DNA from: an uncultured Bacteroidota bacterium | Lineage (GTDB): Bacteria; Bacteroidota; Bacteroidia; NS11-12g; UBA9320 | Reading direction: 5' to 3' | Length of the DNA stretch: 64,000 bases | NCBI GenBank assembly: GCA_937124965.1 | Contig: CAKZLB010000067.1 | Location: 171,455-235,454, forward strand | Shown here: positions 36,690 through 46,050 of the stretch, in pieces | Numbering within the stretch: the stretch's first letter is position 1 | Layout of the letters: the number at the start of each line of letters is the position of its first letter | Notes under the pieces: model-generated | Database searches by the model: none | The model's input: the letters and a program-made list of their open reading frames with translations, nothing else | Told to the model about the DNA's origin: nothing | Program-made: the position numbers and the translations under genes

Positions 36690-38348
36690 TTAAAGTGAAA
36701 AAGTTATTCCAGCCAACAAATTAAGCCCAAAAGATGGATATGAGTACCATTTTTGGTAACGAGAATTTGAAATATTATTTACATTTAAGAAGAAAGATAT
36801 ATTCTTTTTATATCGGTAGTCTGCCATAACATTCAAATCTATAATTGGGTCTAACTCCACCACAGTTTTTTCGCTAGAAAAAGGATCCAACTGTTTCCGT
36901 TGACCAATAGTGTATACTTGAACTCTTAAGTCAAGTTTTTTAGCCAATGTATATCGCATATTAACATCTAAATCGAAGTTTGGCAACTGCCATGCGTGAT
37001 CTAGTGGATCTTGACCTGCATTGTAGCTGTATACTGTCCCTGCAAATTGAATAAAAAAGCGTTCATCTAAGCGAAACCCTAATCCACTTGTAAAAGCAAA
37101 TGTTGATACATCATCATACACAAGCCCAAATGATCTTGTTGGAACTGAATCCGTAACAAAGAGTGGTAGATTATTGTCAATCGAATATCTAACTTTCAAT
37201 AAATAATCCAATTTCTTTGCTAATAAACCTTTTAAACCACCGGCAATGGTAAAGCTGTTAACGGAGTTTTGTATCTCAACATCATTGCTCATAAATGGGT
37301 TAATGTAAGACAATTGTCGTAGCGAATTTTTGGTAACATCACCTGTAATTTCGGCAAATGCTTGAACTTTCTTTGGAACAAGAAAATGACTCGCAGAAAC
37401 ATCAGGGAATAATCGAAACTTTCCTTTTACACTGTCGGTAGAGACTGCTGAAAACACAGCATTGGCACCAATATTAAAGTTTATCTTTTTGAAAGTAAAC
37501 CCATAAGAAGGTTTTACTCGCACAAATGTTCTATTCAATATGTTTTTCGAATCTTCACCAATAGTCGTGTAATCAATAGCCCCGTCAACGTCTACGAAAC
37601 GTTTACCTCCAATAACATATTTGGAGCTAAAAGTCCCTTCAAAATCATTTTCACGTCGGTTACCATGCGTTGAAAAGGTGTAAAAGTTAAAACCAGTTTT
37701 ATACCCAAACTTTTTTTGGTCATAACCACGGTCGTACAAAATACTACCATTTACGTCATTGTATATCTGATTAATAAACCTTCGATCAATTTCTGCGGAG
37801 TCGATTGCATAATAATGCACTACATGGCGTTCAAAATTCAATTTACCTGTAAGCACACCTTTTTTACCAATTTTCGATCCCATAACACCGAGTTCGTTGT
37901 CGCTAAAATTGGCATTGCTAGGTCCATTTTTAGGGTTTGATGCATTGGTAGATAAGTGTTTTCCGTAGAAACCGTAATTGTATTTCTTATTGCGAACACT
38001 GTGTATTCGTGCTTCAGCGTAAGGAGTTAAGAAGTTACCAGCCCCAAGTTTAAAGTAGTTTCCAAAAAGAGGTTCATCTAGTTCAGATTTTATCGAAATA
38101 GCCTTCGCTGGATGGTAAGTAGGGAAGACGGCATATGCAAAATTTGGAAGATCGTAAGTGAAGCTCGGTTTTTCACTTTCAATTGGCTTGATGTCTGGTT
38201 TGGTTATAACTTTATTCGCAGCTGATAATTTGGGTTCATAATCAGTCGAAATTCGTAAATTTAATTTACTGGTAGTGTCTTGTGCAAACACATGAACACT
38301 GGAAATCGTGCAGATTAAACTTAAAAGGAAACGCGCTTTAATACCCAT
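36690..38348 (-). CDS. Outer-membrane beta-barrel protein (putative porin, unassigned family)
   Basis: It has the signal peptide (LICTISSVHVFAQ). The 552 aa show alternating-hydrophobic beta-strand patterns rich in Tyr/Gly/Asn/Phe. Confidence 0.55.
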   Translation of the reverse strand: MGIKARFLLSLICTISSVHVFAQDTTSKLNLRISTDYEPKLSAANKVITKPDIKPIESEKPSFTYDLPNFAYAVFPTYHPAKAISIKSELDEPLFGNYFKLGAGNFLTPYAEARIHSVRNKKYNYGFYGKHLSTNASNPKNGPSNANFSDNELGVMGSKIGKKGVLTGKLNFERHVVHYYAIDSAEIDRRFINQIYNDVNGSILYDRGYDQKKFGYKTGFNFYTFSTHGNRRENDFEGTFSSKYVIGGKRFVDVDGAIDYTTIGEDSKNILNRTFVRVKPSYGFTFKKINFNIGANAVFSAVSTDSVKGKFRLFPDVSASHFLVPKKVQAFAEITGDVTKNSLRQLSYINPFMSNDVEIQNSVNSFTIAGGLKGLLAKKLDYLLKVRYSIDNNLPLFVTDSVPTRSFGLVYDDVSTFAFTSGLGFRLDERFFIQFAGTVYSYNAGQDPLDHAWQLPNFDLDVNMRYTLAKKLDLRVQVYTIGQRKQLDPFSSEKTVVELDPIIDLNVMADYRYKKNISFFLNVNNISNSRYQKWYSYPSFGLNLLAGITFSL

Positions 38349-38484
38349 AATTATAATCGCTCAAAATTAATTCAACAACGTGTGTTTACTAAGAGAACAT
38401 TTCCACATTAACGTTGATTTGTTGGCATAACGTATGATGAATGATTCACATGGAGCTTACTTATCAACATTGAGAGGGTTCTGA

Positions 38485-38514
38485 TTTGTCGGATTAACGC
38501 ATCCGTTATATTTG
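38485..38514 (+). promoter_or_regulatory. Bacteroidota sigma-A type promoter of recA (-33 TTTG / -7 TAnnTTTG)
   Basis: TTTG lies at 38485-38488, followed by an 18-nt spacer and TATATTTG at 38507-38514. The ATG at 38537 is 23 nt downstream. Confidence 0.5.
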
Positions 38515-38536
38515 AACATCGTAATAAAATATACAA

Positions 38537-39559
38537 ATGGCGAACGAAAACGCAGAAAAATTAAAAGCGCTTAAATTAACGATAGACAAGTTAGAAAAGT
38601 CTTACGGTAAGGGAGTTGTAATGAAGATGGATGAAGATTCAGTCATGAACATTCCTTTCATTCCAACGGGTTCCTTAGGTTTAGATATGGCACTAGGTAT
38701 TGGTGGATTGCCAAAGGGCCGTGTTGTTGAAATATACGGACCTGAATCTTCAGGTAAAACGACGTTGGCAATGCATTGCGTTGCAGAAGCACAAAAGCGA
38801 GGCGGAATAGCTGCATTTGTGGATGCGGAGCATGCTTTTGACCGTTTTTATGCTGAGAAGATTGGTGTAGACACAGACGAATTGTTGATAGCTCAACCGG
38901 ATGATGGAGAGCAAGCGTTAGAGATTGCAGATAATTTAATCCGATCAGGGGCAATTGATATTATCGTAATAGATTCTGTAGCAGCACTTGTTCCACGAGC
39001 GGAATTGGAAGGCGATATGGGTGATTCAAAAATGGGTCTTCAAGCTCGATTGATGTCTCAAGCATTGAGAAAACTGACAGGAACAATTAGCAAAACGGGT
39101 TGTATCTGTATTTTCATTAATCAATTGAGAGAAAAGATTGGTGTAATGTTTGGTAACCCAGAAACTACAACGGGTGGTAATGCATTGAAGTTTTACTCTT
39201 CTGTACGTTTGGATATTCGTAGAATTGGCCAAATAAAAGACGGAGTAGATTTAATCGGAAACCGTGTAAAGGTAAAAGTGGCTAAAAATAAAGTTGCACC
39301 GCCATTCCGCGTTATTGAATTCGACATCATGTATGGTGAAGGTATTTCAAAAGCAGGTGAGGTGTTAGATTTAGGAGTTGAAGCAGAAATTGTTCAAAAG
39401 AGTGGAAGTTGGTTTAGCTACAACGGAACGAAGCTTGGTCAAGGTCGAGACTCTGTGAAAAAGTTGCTTTTGGATAATCCAGAAATGATGGAGGAGATTG
39501 AAACAAAGGTAAAAGATAAAGTTTTAGGAAATGCTGAACCCGCCGCTGCAGGCGAGTAA
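38537..39559 (+). CDS. recA: Recombinase RecA
   Basis: It has Walker [19 protein letters not shown], Walker [16 protein letters not shown], and the L2 loop [28 protein letters not shown]. Confidence 0.97.
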   Translation: MANENAEKLKALKLTIDKLEKSYGKGVVMKMDEDSVMNIPFIPTGSLGLDMALGIGGLPKGRVVEIYGPESSGKTTLAMHCVAEAQKRGGIAAFVDAEHAFDRFYAEKIGVDTDELLIAQPDDGEQALEIADNLIRSGAIDIIVIDSVAALVPRAELEGDMGDSKMGLQARLMSQALRKLTGTISKTGCICIFINQLREKIGVMFGNPETTTGGNALKFYSSVRLDIRRIGQIKDGVDLIGNRVKVKVAKNKVAPPFRVIEFDIMYGEGISKAGEVLDLGVEAEIVQKSGSWFSYNGTKLGQGRDSVKKLLLDNPEMMEEIETKVKDKVLGNAEPAAAGE

Positions 39560-39580
39560 TTCATAACGAATTAAATTGGA

Positions 39581-39611
39581 AAAGGTCAGTGAGAAATCAT
39601 TGACCTTTTTT
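39581..39611 (+). terminator. Rho-independent terminator of recA
   Basis: AAAGGTCA(gTGA-gaaa-TCAt)TGACCTTT forms an 8-bp perfect outer stem plus a 3-bp inner stem, followed by a T-run, 22 nt after the stop codon. Confidence 0.75.
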
Positions 39612-39697
39612 GATGTTTTTACGTTTGAACACCCTTGTTCTGTGGTAACTTTATCCTTGTCGGTTTTGAGGGCTTTATTCAGGTTGAATCATAAAAC

Positions 39698-40665
39698 GTT
39701 GGTGAAAACACCAACTATGGCGGTAGGATCATAGTTAGATCGAACGAAGAGTTTTGGTAATAACATCAACTTCGGCGGAGAGATGATTGAGTCACTGAGT
39801 TTGCTACGCCTAAAGTCAGTGTTTTTAACAACGATGTAATTGCTTTACTGTTATTGTTTAATGTTGGTGAAAGCGCCGACTATGGCGGTAGGATCATAGT
39901 TAGATCGAACGACGAATTTTGGTAATAACATCAACTTCGGCGGAGAGATGATTGAGTCATTGAGTTTGTTACGCCTAAAGTCAGTGTTCTTAACAACGAT
40001 GTAATTGCTTTACTGTTATTGTTTAATGTTGGTGAAAGCGCCAACTATGGCGGTAGGATCATAATTAGATCGAACGACGAATTTTGGTAATAACATCAAG
40101 TTTGGCGGAGAGATGATTGTGTCACTGAGTTTGTTACACCTAAAGTCAGTGTTTTTAACAACGATGTAATTGCTTTACTGTTATTGTTTAATGTTGGTGA
40201 AAGCGCCAACTTTTGCGGTAGGGTCTTAGTTAGATCGAACGACGAATTTTGGTAATAACATCAACTTCGGCAGAGAGATGATTGAGTCATTGAGTTTGCT
40301 ACGCCTAAAGTCAGTGTTCTGAACAACGATGTAATTGCTTTACTGTTATTGTTTAATGTTGGTGAAAGCGCCAACTTTTGCGGTAGGGTCATAGTTAGAT
40401 CGAACGACGAATTTTGGTAATAACATCAACTTCGGCAGAGAGATGATTGAGTCATTGACTTTGCTACGCCAAAGGTCAGTGTTTTTAACAACGATGTAAT
40501 TGCTTTACTGTTATTGTTTAATGTTGGTGAAAGCGCCAACTTTTGCGGTAGGGTCTTAGTTAGATCGAACGACGAATTTTGGTAATAACATCAACTTCGG
40601 CGGAGAGATGATTGAGTCATTGAGTTTGTTACGCTTAAAGTCAGTGTTCTCACCGACGATTTAAT
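39698..40665 (+). repeat. Tandem array of about 5.9 copies of a 165-bp non-coding unit with conserved hairpins (candidate structured-RNA array)
   Basis: Unit starts (GTTGGTGAAA...) are at 39698, 39863, 40028, 40193, 40358 and 40523, exactly 165 bp apart. Copy 1 and copy 2 differ at 8 positions by my count. No ORF of 60 aa or more exists on either strand although the period is a multiple of 3. The strand call rests on G.U-only compatible variation and the + strand U-runs. Confidence 0.95.
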
Positions 40666-40719
40666 TTGTGTTTTACGAAATTACTTATGATGAAGTAGCT
40701 AAAATTAAGCATGCACCTT

Positions 40720-41103
40720 TCATTTTCTTAGCTCTGGCTTAAACGTTTTATAAGGAGCTGCAAGATAAATTAACAGCAATCGAGAGATTCGCATAAGTAA
40801 AGGAGTTAGTGGAACCGTAAAACCAATAATTATAGAGCTCATCAGTATAACTGACGGATCTTCAAGAAACGTGAACATAAGTACAGAAAGAACAATTAGC
40901 AAACCGACAATTAAGCCATAACTAAAGTACATGGCACCCCAGAAAAAGCCTGGTTCTTGTTCAAACTTCACATTGCAGTGTGAGCAATTTGTATTAACGT
41001 TTTTGAAATTTTTTGAAAAAAGCCCACCTTTAAAAATAGAGCCAGTGCGGCATTGCGGACAGCGACCCAATAAGAAAGACTGAAAACCTGAAATTTTAGG
41101 CAT
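40720..41103 (-). CDS. DUF983-type membrane protein (zinc-ribbon CxxC..CxxC plus two TM helices)
   Basis: It has CPQCRTGSIFKG...CSHCNVKF followed by GFFWGAMYFSYGLIVGLLIVL and a second TM, which is the DUF983 layout. Confidence 0.72.
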   Translation of the reverse strand: MPKISGFQSFLLGRCPQCRTGSIFKGGLFSKNFKNVNTNCSHCNVKFEQEPGFFWGAMYFSYGLIVGLLIVLSVLMFTFLEDPSVILMSSIIIGFTVPLTPLLMRISRLLLIYLAAPYKTFKPELRK

Positions 41104-41105
41104 TG

Positions 41106-41345
41106 TTATTTTTTCCGATTTTTATGATACCAGATTCCTCCAACAAGAGCAATCAACAGGTAAGGAGAAGCCAATAAGTATAATATTCCTTTGTTAAGAC
41201 CTTTACCAACAGTATTGCCTTCATTTTGCATTGCAGATTCCACAGCACTTCGGCACATTGGGCATTGCGCAGAAACTTCAGAGAAAACGGTTAACAAAAC
41301 AAGTGTTAAGGATAACACTACTAAAGTTCTAATCACTTTTTGCAT
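41106..41345 (-). CDS. Small (79 aa) exported CxxC protein with C-terminal TM anchor
   Basis: The signal peptide ends SAQ and is followed immediately by CPMC. It has a TM helix ILYLLASPYLLIALVGGIWY and a basic tail. It lies 2 nt upstream of the DUF983 gene and 13 nt downstream of the FkbM gene. Confidence 0.55.
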   Translation of the reverse strand: MQKVIRTLVVLSLTLVLLTVFSEVSAQCPMCRSAVESAMQNEGNTVGKGLNKGILYLLASPYLLIALVGGIWYHKNRKK

Positions 41346-41358
41346 ACGTCAAAGATAG

Positions 41359-42090
41359 TTATTCGTGTATAAAGAAGAAGTTTTGAGTTTGATGATTCTT
41401 GTCATCAAAGTGCTCCAACCTTTCTCCCTGTTTAAACATAACTGAGTACCCTAATGTTCGCATAAAATCGAAACATTTATATCGATTTGGGTTATCCCAG
41501 AGTTCACAATATATTATTGGAAGATGTTGTCGTAATGTTTGCTCTGCTCCAAGGAAAACATGGTATTCAAAATTTTCTACGTCGATCTTGATTGCTTTAA
41601 TATCCAAATTTTTAATAGCATCAAAATCATCCAGTTTAGAGATAGTTGCTGTGAAAGTATCTCCTTCATTAAAGTCTTTAATGTCATCTGATAAAACATG
41701 GCTTAGACCTTGTTTTTTTACTTGATCAACTACCGGCATTACCATTTTAGTAGTGCCATTTTCATTACCCAAGGCAACATCACTAATTGTTACGTTGTTT
41801 AGGTTAAATTTTCTCTTTATCCAATTAAGAGCTGCAAGGTTATGAGGTATTGGTTCAAATGCGAAGACAGATCCTGATCCAACTTTTTGTGACAAATAAT
41901 AGGACATGATTCCGATGTTTGCTCCAATATCAAGGACATCACTACCTTCTGGAATCATATTTACGAAGTGAAAGAAGTCGTTTTCACCTGTATCAGTGTG
42001 AAGGGTTTTAATCTTATACCAAGAAAATATTTTCAGATACCTTGGCAGTCCAAGAATCTGCTGAAGTAAATATTGAATCTTACTTTTCAA
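41359..42090 (-). CDS. FkbM-family methyltransferase
   Basis: Methyltransf_21-type motifs are present: VLDIGANIGIMSYYLS, VFAFEPIPHNLAAL, VALGNENG and IKAIKIDVENFEYHVFLGA. The TTG start overlaps the stop of the upstream DUF420 gene (TTGA). Confidence 0.8.
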   Translation of the reverse strand: MKSKIQYLLQQILGLPRYLKIFSWYKIKTLHTDTGENDFFHFVNMIPEGSDVLDIGANIGIMSYYLSQKVGSGSVFAFEPIPHNLAALNWIKRKFNLNNVTISDVALGNENGTTKMVMPVVDQVKKQGLSHVLSDDIKDFNEGDTFTATISKLDDFDAIKNLDIKAIKIDVENFEYHVFLGAEQTLRQHLPIIYCELWDNPNRYKCFDFMRTLGYSVMFKQGERLEHFDDKNHQTQNFFFIHE

Positions 42091-42632
42091 TGAATCGGGA
42101 AGTTGTAATACGGGCTAATCATTAGGTATACTATAACACCTGTTACGGTGACATACAACCAGATAGGAAAAGCAAATCGCACAATTTTTTTGTGCTTTTC
42201 GATTTTGTTATTCAGTCCGTAATTAAATGATATAAGTATTAATGGTAATACAAATGCTGCAAGAACTATGTGAGACCATAGAATGATTTTGTAGATGATT
42301 TCTTTAAGACCGGTTCCTCCATAAAGAGTATGTTCAACGAAATAGTGGTAGATAACATACAGAATTAGAAAAATCGCTGACAATACAAACGTTGTAATGT
42401 TCAACTTCTTATGTAATTCAACTTTTTTCGATTTAATAGCACGCAAACTAAGCAACAGTAAAACGGAACAAGTTCCATTAATCATTGCGTTGTACATTGG
42501 GAAACGATAGATATAATTTGGGAATTCGGTAGGTGGTTGGAGCACTCGTTTGTTTAGTGCAATAACCAATAAAAAGACTACAGCGGATATCGCCAGTGCG
42601 ATTCTATAAAAGAGTTTATCGTTTTTTATCAC
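42087..42632 (-). CDS. DUF420 membrane protein (oxidase-cluster associated)
   Basis: 181 aa with four or five TM helices, with the size and position typical of DUF420 genes found next to SCO/cox genes. The GTG start overlaps the SCO stop (GTGA). Confidence 0.7.
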   Translation of the reverse strand: MIKNDKLFYRIALAISAVVFLLVIALNKRVLQPPTEFPNYIYRFPMYNAMINGTCSVLLLLSLRAIKSKKVELHKKLNITTFVLSAIFLILYVIYHYFVEHTLYGGTGLKEIIYKIILWSHIVLAAFVLPLILISFNYGLNNKIEKHKKIVRFAFPIWLYVTVTGVIVYLMISPYYNFPIH

Positions 42633-43360
42633 TTTTCAAATTTTTCGCTTTGATTGTATTCTGCTCTTAACACTTTAATGGCGTCTTTTACCTCGGTTGC
42701 AAACTTTGGATTATTTCGTGACTCGTAATATCCTCTCATTCTGTGATCTTTATCAACCATAAAAACCATTGAACTATGAATGAAATCATTTTGTCCATCT
42801 GGACTAGGGGCAGCTGCATGATAATGCGAAATCGCTAAATCGTAAATTTCATGTTTGAAGCCAGTTACAAAATACCAAGTAGAATCAGAATAGCCATATT
42901 TATCCGCATACTCAGCTAAAACTGGGACTGAATCATGCTCTGGGTGAACGGTGTGGGAGAGAAATACTACATCAGGATAGTCTTTGTATCGTTCTACAGC
43001 CAACCGTAAATTGTTATTCATCCGAGGACAAACTTCAGGACAGGTTGCATAAAAGAAATTAGCAACGATAATTTTGTCCTTAAACGTTTCTAACGAAACT
43101 TTTTGTCCTGTATGGTCCGTAAGGTCAAAATCACGAAGTGTCCACATTTCAAAAACACTATCTCCTCGAACGAAGTAATCATCGCCAAGGGTTGAGTCAA
43201 GCAGAGCTTTATTTGAAAGTATGGTGGTGTCTGAGTAATACGAACCCATTATTTCTAACGGGGTATATCGTTCATCTGCGTTTTTCCAAATGAAAAAGAG
43301 TACAATTGGAATAGTAACAAACAGTGCAATTACAATTTGGCCACGTTTCTTACTGTCCAT
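42629..43360 (-). CDS. SCO1/SenC-family copper chaperone (thioredoxin fold)
   Basis: It has an N-terminal TM anchor, the CxxxC motif FFYATCPEVCP, and a downstream His (LSHTVHPEHD). Confidence 0.88.
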   Translation of the reverse strand: MDSKKRGQIVIALFVTIPIVLFFIWKNADERYTPLEIMGSYYSDTTILSNKALLDSTLGDDYFVRGDSVFEMWTLRDFDLTDHTGQKVSLETFKDKIIVANFFYATCPEVCPRMNNNLRLAVERYKDYPDVVFLSHTVHPEHDSVPVLAEYADKYGYSDSTWYFVTGFKHEIYDLAISHYHAAAPSPDGQNDFIHSSMVFMVDKDHRMRGYYESRNNPKFATEVKDAIKVLRAEYNQSEKFEK

Positions 43361-43369
43361 GTGATGACT

Positions 43370-43729
43370 TTACCAGTTTAAGTAATTCCAGAAAGATGCT
43401 TCCTTTAGCATAAAGGCAATAAGGTATACTACAAATATCATTGGTAGTACAATCGACATTTTTAAGCCTTTGTGTTCAAAAGTTAAGTGCATGAAACTGT
43501 ATACAATGAACGCTGCTTTTACAACTCCTAAGAAAATAAAAAGTACGTTTCTTCCCATGCTTGGAGGCATAGTAAAGTATAGAATTACGTCAGCAATTGT
43601 TAATGCTAAAAGAACCCAAAACGTTTTCCATAGACCTTTTGTGCCATGGGAGTGAGCTTTAGGAACCCAAACTGTTGGGTCATAATTTTCTTCGTCGTGA
43701 ATATCTACAGGTGTGTTATGATGACTCAT
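43370..43729 (-). CDS. Cytochrome c oxidase subunit IV (prokaryotic small subunit)
   Basis: 119 aa with three TM helices, positioned directly after the subunit III genes. Confidence 0.7.
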   Translation of the reverse strand: MSHHNTPVDIHDEENYDPTVWVPKAHSHGTKGLWKTFWVLLALTIADVILYFTMPPSMGRNVLFIFLGVVKAAFIVYSFMHLTFEHKGLKMSIVLPMIFVVYLIAFMLKEASFWNYLNW

Positions 43730-43752
43730 GATACTATTTCTTTAAAGCGTTA

Positions 43753-44535
43753 CTATATTAAATAAAAGAATGTGAATACAAAAACCCATACAAGGTCTAC
43801 GAAGTGCCAGTACAATCCGGTTTTTTCAACCATTTCATAATGACCTCTTTTTTCGTATGTACCTAGTATTGTGTTAATGTAGATGACAATATTGATGACT
43901 ACTCCACTTAATACGTGGAATCCGTGGAATCCTGTTACTAAGAAAAACAAAGCAGCAAATGTTACAGGCCCAAACGGGTTTGTGTAGAGTTTTGCACCCT
44001 CACCGATGAATTTTGTCCATTCCCAAGCTTGACAGCCTAAGAACATAAATCCGCCTATGATTGTAAGCAGCATATATAGTTCAACTTTTTTCTTCTCCAT
44101 TCGTTGTCCTGCTTCAACGGCCAATACCATTGTTACACTACTTAAAATGAGAATTAGCGTCATTAAACTGACAAACATAAGAGGCCAATGTAAATGATGC
44201 CCTGGGAAGTGATTAAACACTAATTCTGGTGCTGGCCAATGCGTTTCAGCAAATACTCCTTCGTTAACCATGTGGCCAACAAATCCACCTTCAGTATGCT
44301 CAAACATATGATGAACATCTGTTCCAAACGGAATGTCTTGACGAACTTGTTCCATCATTGCTTCATCTGCTGAAGGGAATGAGTAGCGTACGGCTCCATA
44401 TCCAACTAGTAGAGATGAAAAGGTAAATGCATCAGATAAAAGGAAAAACCACATCATAAGCTTTCCGTAGCTTACTTTAAATGGTGATTTACCTCCAGCC
44501 CAAGTGGACGTTGTGCTTACAGCGTTATTTGACAT
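43753..44535 (-). CDS. Cytochrome c oxidase subunit III family protein
   Basis: 260 aa and multi-TM. The C-terminal LVTGFHGFHVLSGV...YWHFVDLVWVFVFTFFY is the subunit III signature. Confidence 0.85.
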   Translation of the reverse strand: MSNNAVSTTSTWAGGKSPFKVSYGKLMMWFFLLSDAFTFSSLLVGYGAVRYSFPSADEAMMEQVRQDIPFGTDVHHMFEHTEGGFVGHMVNEGVFAETHWPAPELVFNHFPGHHLHWPLMFVSLMTLILILSSVTMVLAVEAGQRMEKKKVELYMLLTIIGGFMFLGCQAWEWTKFIGEGAKLYTNPFGPVTFAALFFLVTGFHGFHVLSGVVINIVIYINTILGTYEKRGHYEMVEKTGLYWHFVDLVWVFVFTFFYLI

Positions 44536-44541
44536 AATCTT

Positions 44542-45150
44542 TTAAAATTGCGGTGCAAAATATAAAAATAGGTATAAATAGATCCATAAAACTCCAACAA
44601 AGTGCCAATAGGTATTACACATACTAATCGACAATGTATTTTTCTTATGAACCTGTGATAATAAACTCTTAACTAAAACAACGGCAACAAAAACAATCCC
44701 TCCAAGTAAATGTAACAAGTGAAGTGCAACAAACATTATTACAAAAGAACCACTAACTAATCCACCAGCGCTGCCATTTGCAGGTGAAAAATATATCCCT
44801 CTAGATGCTAAGTCATTGAACCCGGCATATTGTAAATAAACAAAGCTTAAACCCGCAACTAGTGTAATGGCTAACCCTATCGATACACTTATTAGATTAT
44901 CTTGTTTTGCCGATCTCAGTGCAAAAAACATACTGGCTGAGCTAATTAAAACAGCTACAGTAGAATATATAAACTCTGTTGGTAGATCAAAATGAAGCCA
45001 GTTGCCTTCAGCTTCTCGAACTAGAAATGCACTAGTCAACCCTAAAAACAACATTGTCATACCTACAATTAAAAGCATCAAAGAAAACTTCTTTGGGTGC
45101 ATTTTGCCAGGTCTGTTACTGTATTCGTCCATTTTTGCTGCTGCTAACAT
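44542..45150 (-). CDS. Cytochrome c oxidase subunit III-like protein (second copy)
   Basis: 202 aa and multi-TM, with HLLHLLGG...YWHFVGVLWIYLYLFLY. Paired III-type genes are usual in Bacteroidota cox operons. Confidence 0.8.
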   Translation of the reverse strand: MLAAAKMDEYSNRPGKMHPKKFSLMLLIVGMTMLFLGLTSAFLVREAEGNWLHFDLPTEFIYSTVAVLISSASMFFALRSAKQDNLISVSIGLAITLVAGLSFVYLQYAGFNDLASRGIYFSPANGSAGGLVSGSFVIMFVALHLLHLLGGIVFVAVVLVKSLLSQVHKKNTLSISMCNTYWHFVGVLWIYLYLFLYFAPQF

Positions 45151-45153
45151 ATC

Positions 45154-46050
45154 TTATAGTTTATCTAATACGAATGCTAATAATACCAACGGATTGTAAA
45201 TTATGGAATAAAACATCAATCGTTTTGCATCCTTAGTGGTACACGATTTATGAAATTTAATTCCTTGTTGTAAAAATAGTAAACCAGCTACGATTGCAAT
45301 AATTAATGAAACCCATCCAGTGATTCCTAATAAATAGGGTAGGGCACTTACAGGAATTAAAACAGCAATATATAGTATGGTGAACACTGCTGATTTTTTG
45401 TCTTTACCTACTTTAGAAGGTAATAGTCTATAACCAGCTCGTTTGTAATCGTCGTCTAGTACCCAAGCAATGGCCCAAAAGTGAGGGAATTGCCAGATAA
45501 ATTGTATCGCAAATAATGCCCATCCGCCCCAACCGATGGTTCCGGTAGCAGCTGCCCATCCGAGCAACGGCGGAATAGCACCTGGAAAAGCTCCAACAAA
45601 AACCGCGATTGGACTTATGCGTTTTAAAGGCGTATATAAAAAGGCATAACTAAGTAATGCAAATACACCAAGCCATCCACTAATTCCATTTAGAAAACTT
45701 CCTAAGATATAAACACCGATTATTCCGCATGCAGCACTAAATATTGCTGCTTCGGTAATAGTCATTCTATTTGTGGCAACAGGTCGATTGTTCGTACGCA
45801 CCATCAATTTATCAAAATCTTTTTCAATAATTTGATTTAGGCCATTTGAAGAAGCGACAACTAAGAATCCACCGAATATCAAAGCCCACAAATCTTGAAA
45901 GTTTGTTGACCCATTAGCTGCGATTAAAAAACCAAGAACTGCAGACAAAACTACAGTAATTGTTAATCGAGTTTTTACCAATTGATGGTAATCCTGCAAT
46001 TTTGCAGTTATCGAAAAAGGCATTATAGATGTCGCGGTTCTAGTTGCCAT
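45154..46050 (-). CDS. cyoE: Protoheme IX farnesyltransferase (heme O synthase)
   Basis: It has UbiA-family motifs NQIIEKDFDKLMVRTNNRPV and a second Asp-rich region DDDYKRAGYRLLP, with nine TM helices. Confidence 0.92.
   Translation of the reverse strand: MATRTATSIMPFSITAKLQDYHQLVKTRLTITVVLSAVLGFLIAANGSTNFQDLWALIFGGFLVVASSNGLNQIIEKDFDKLMVRTNNRPVATNRMTITEAAIFSAACGIIGVYILGSFLNGISGWLGVFALLSYAFLYTPLKRISPIAVFVGAFPGAIPPLLGWAAATGTIGWGGWALFAIQFIWQFPHFWAIAWVLDDDYKRAGYRLLPSKVGKDKKSAVFTILYIAVLIPVSALPYLLGITGWVSLIIAIVAGLLFLQQGIKFHKSCTTKDAKRLMFYSIIYNPLVLLAFVLDKL

Noticed and set aside
39698-40665. The 165-bp array as a CRISPR array or as a repeat-protein gene
   Set aside because: Units abut directly with no unique spacers, and the repeat is far longer than CRISPR repeats. 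The period is divisible by 3, but no frame stays open on either strand: there is no ORF of 60 aa or more in 39560-40720.
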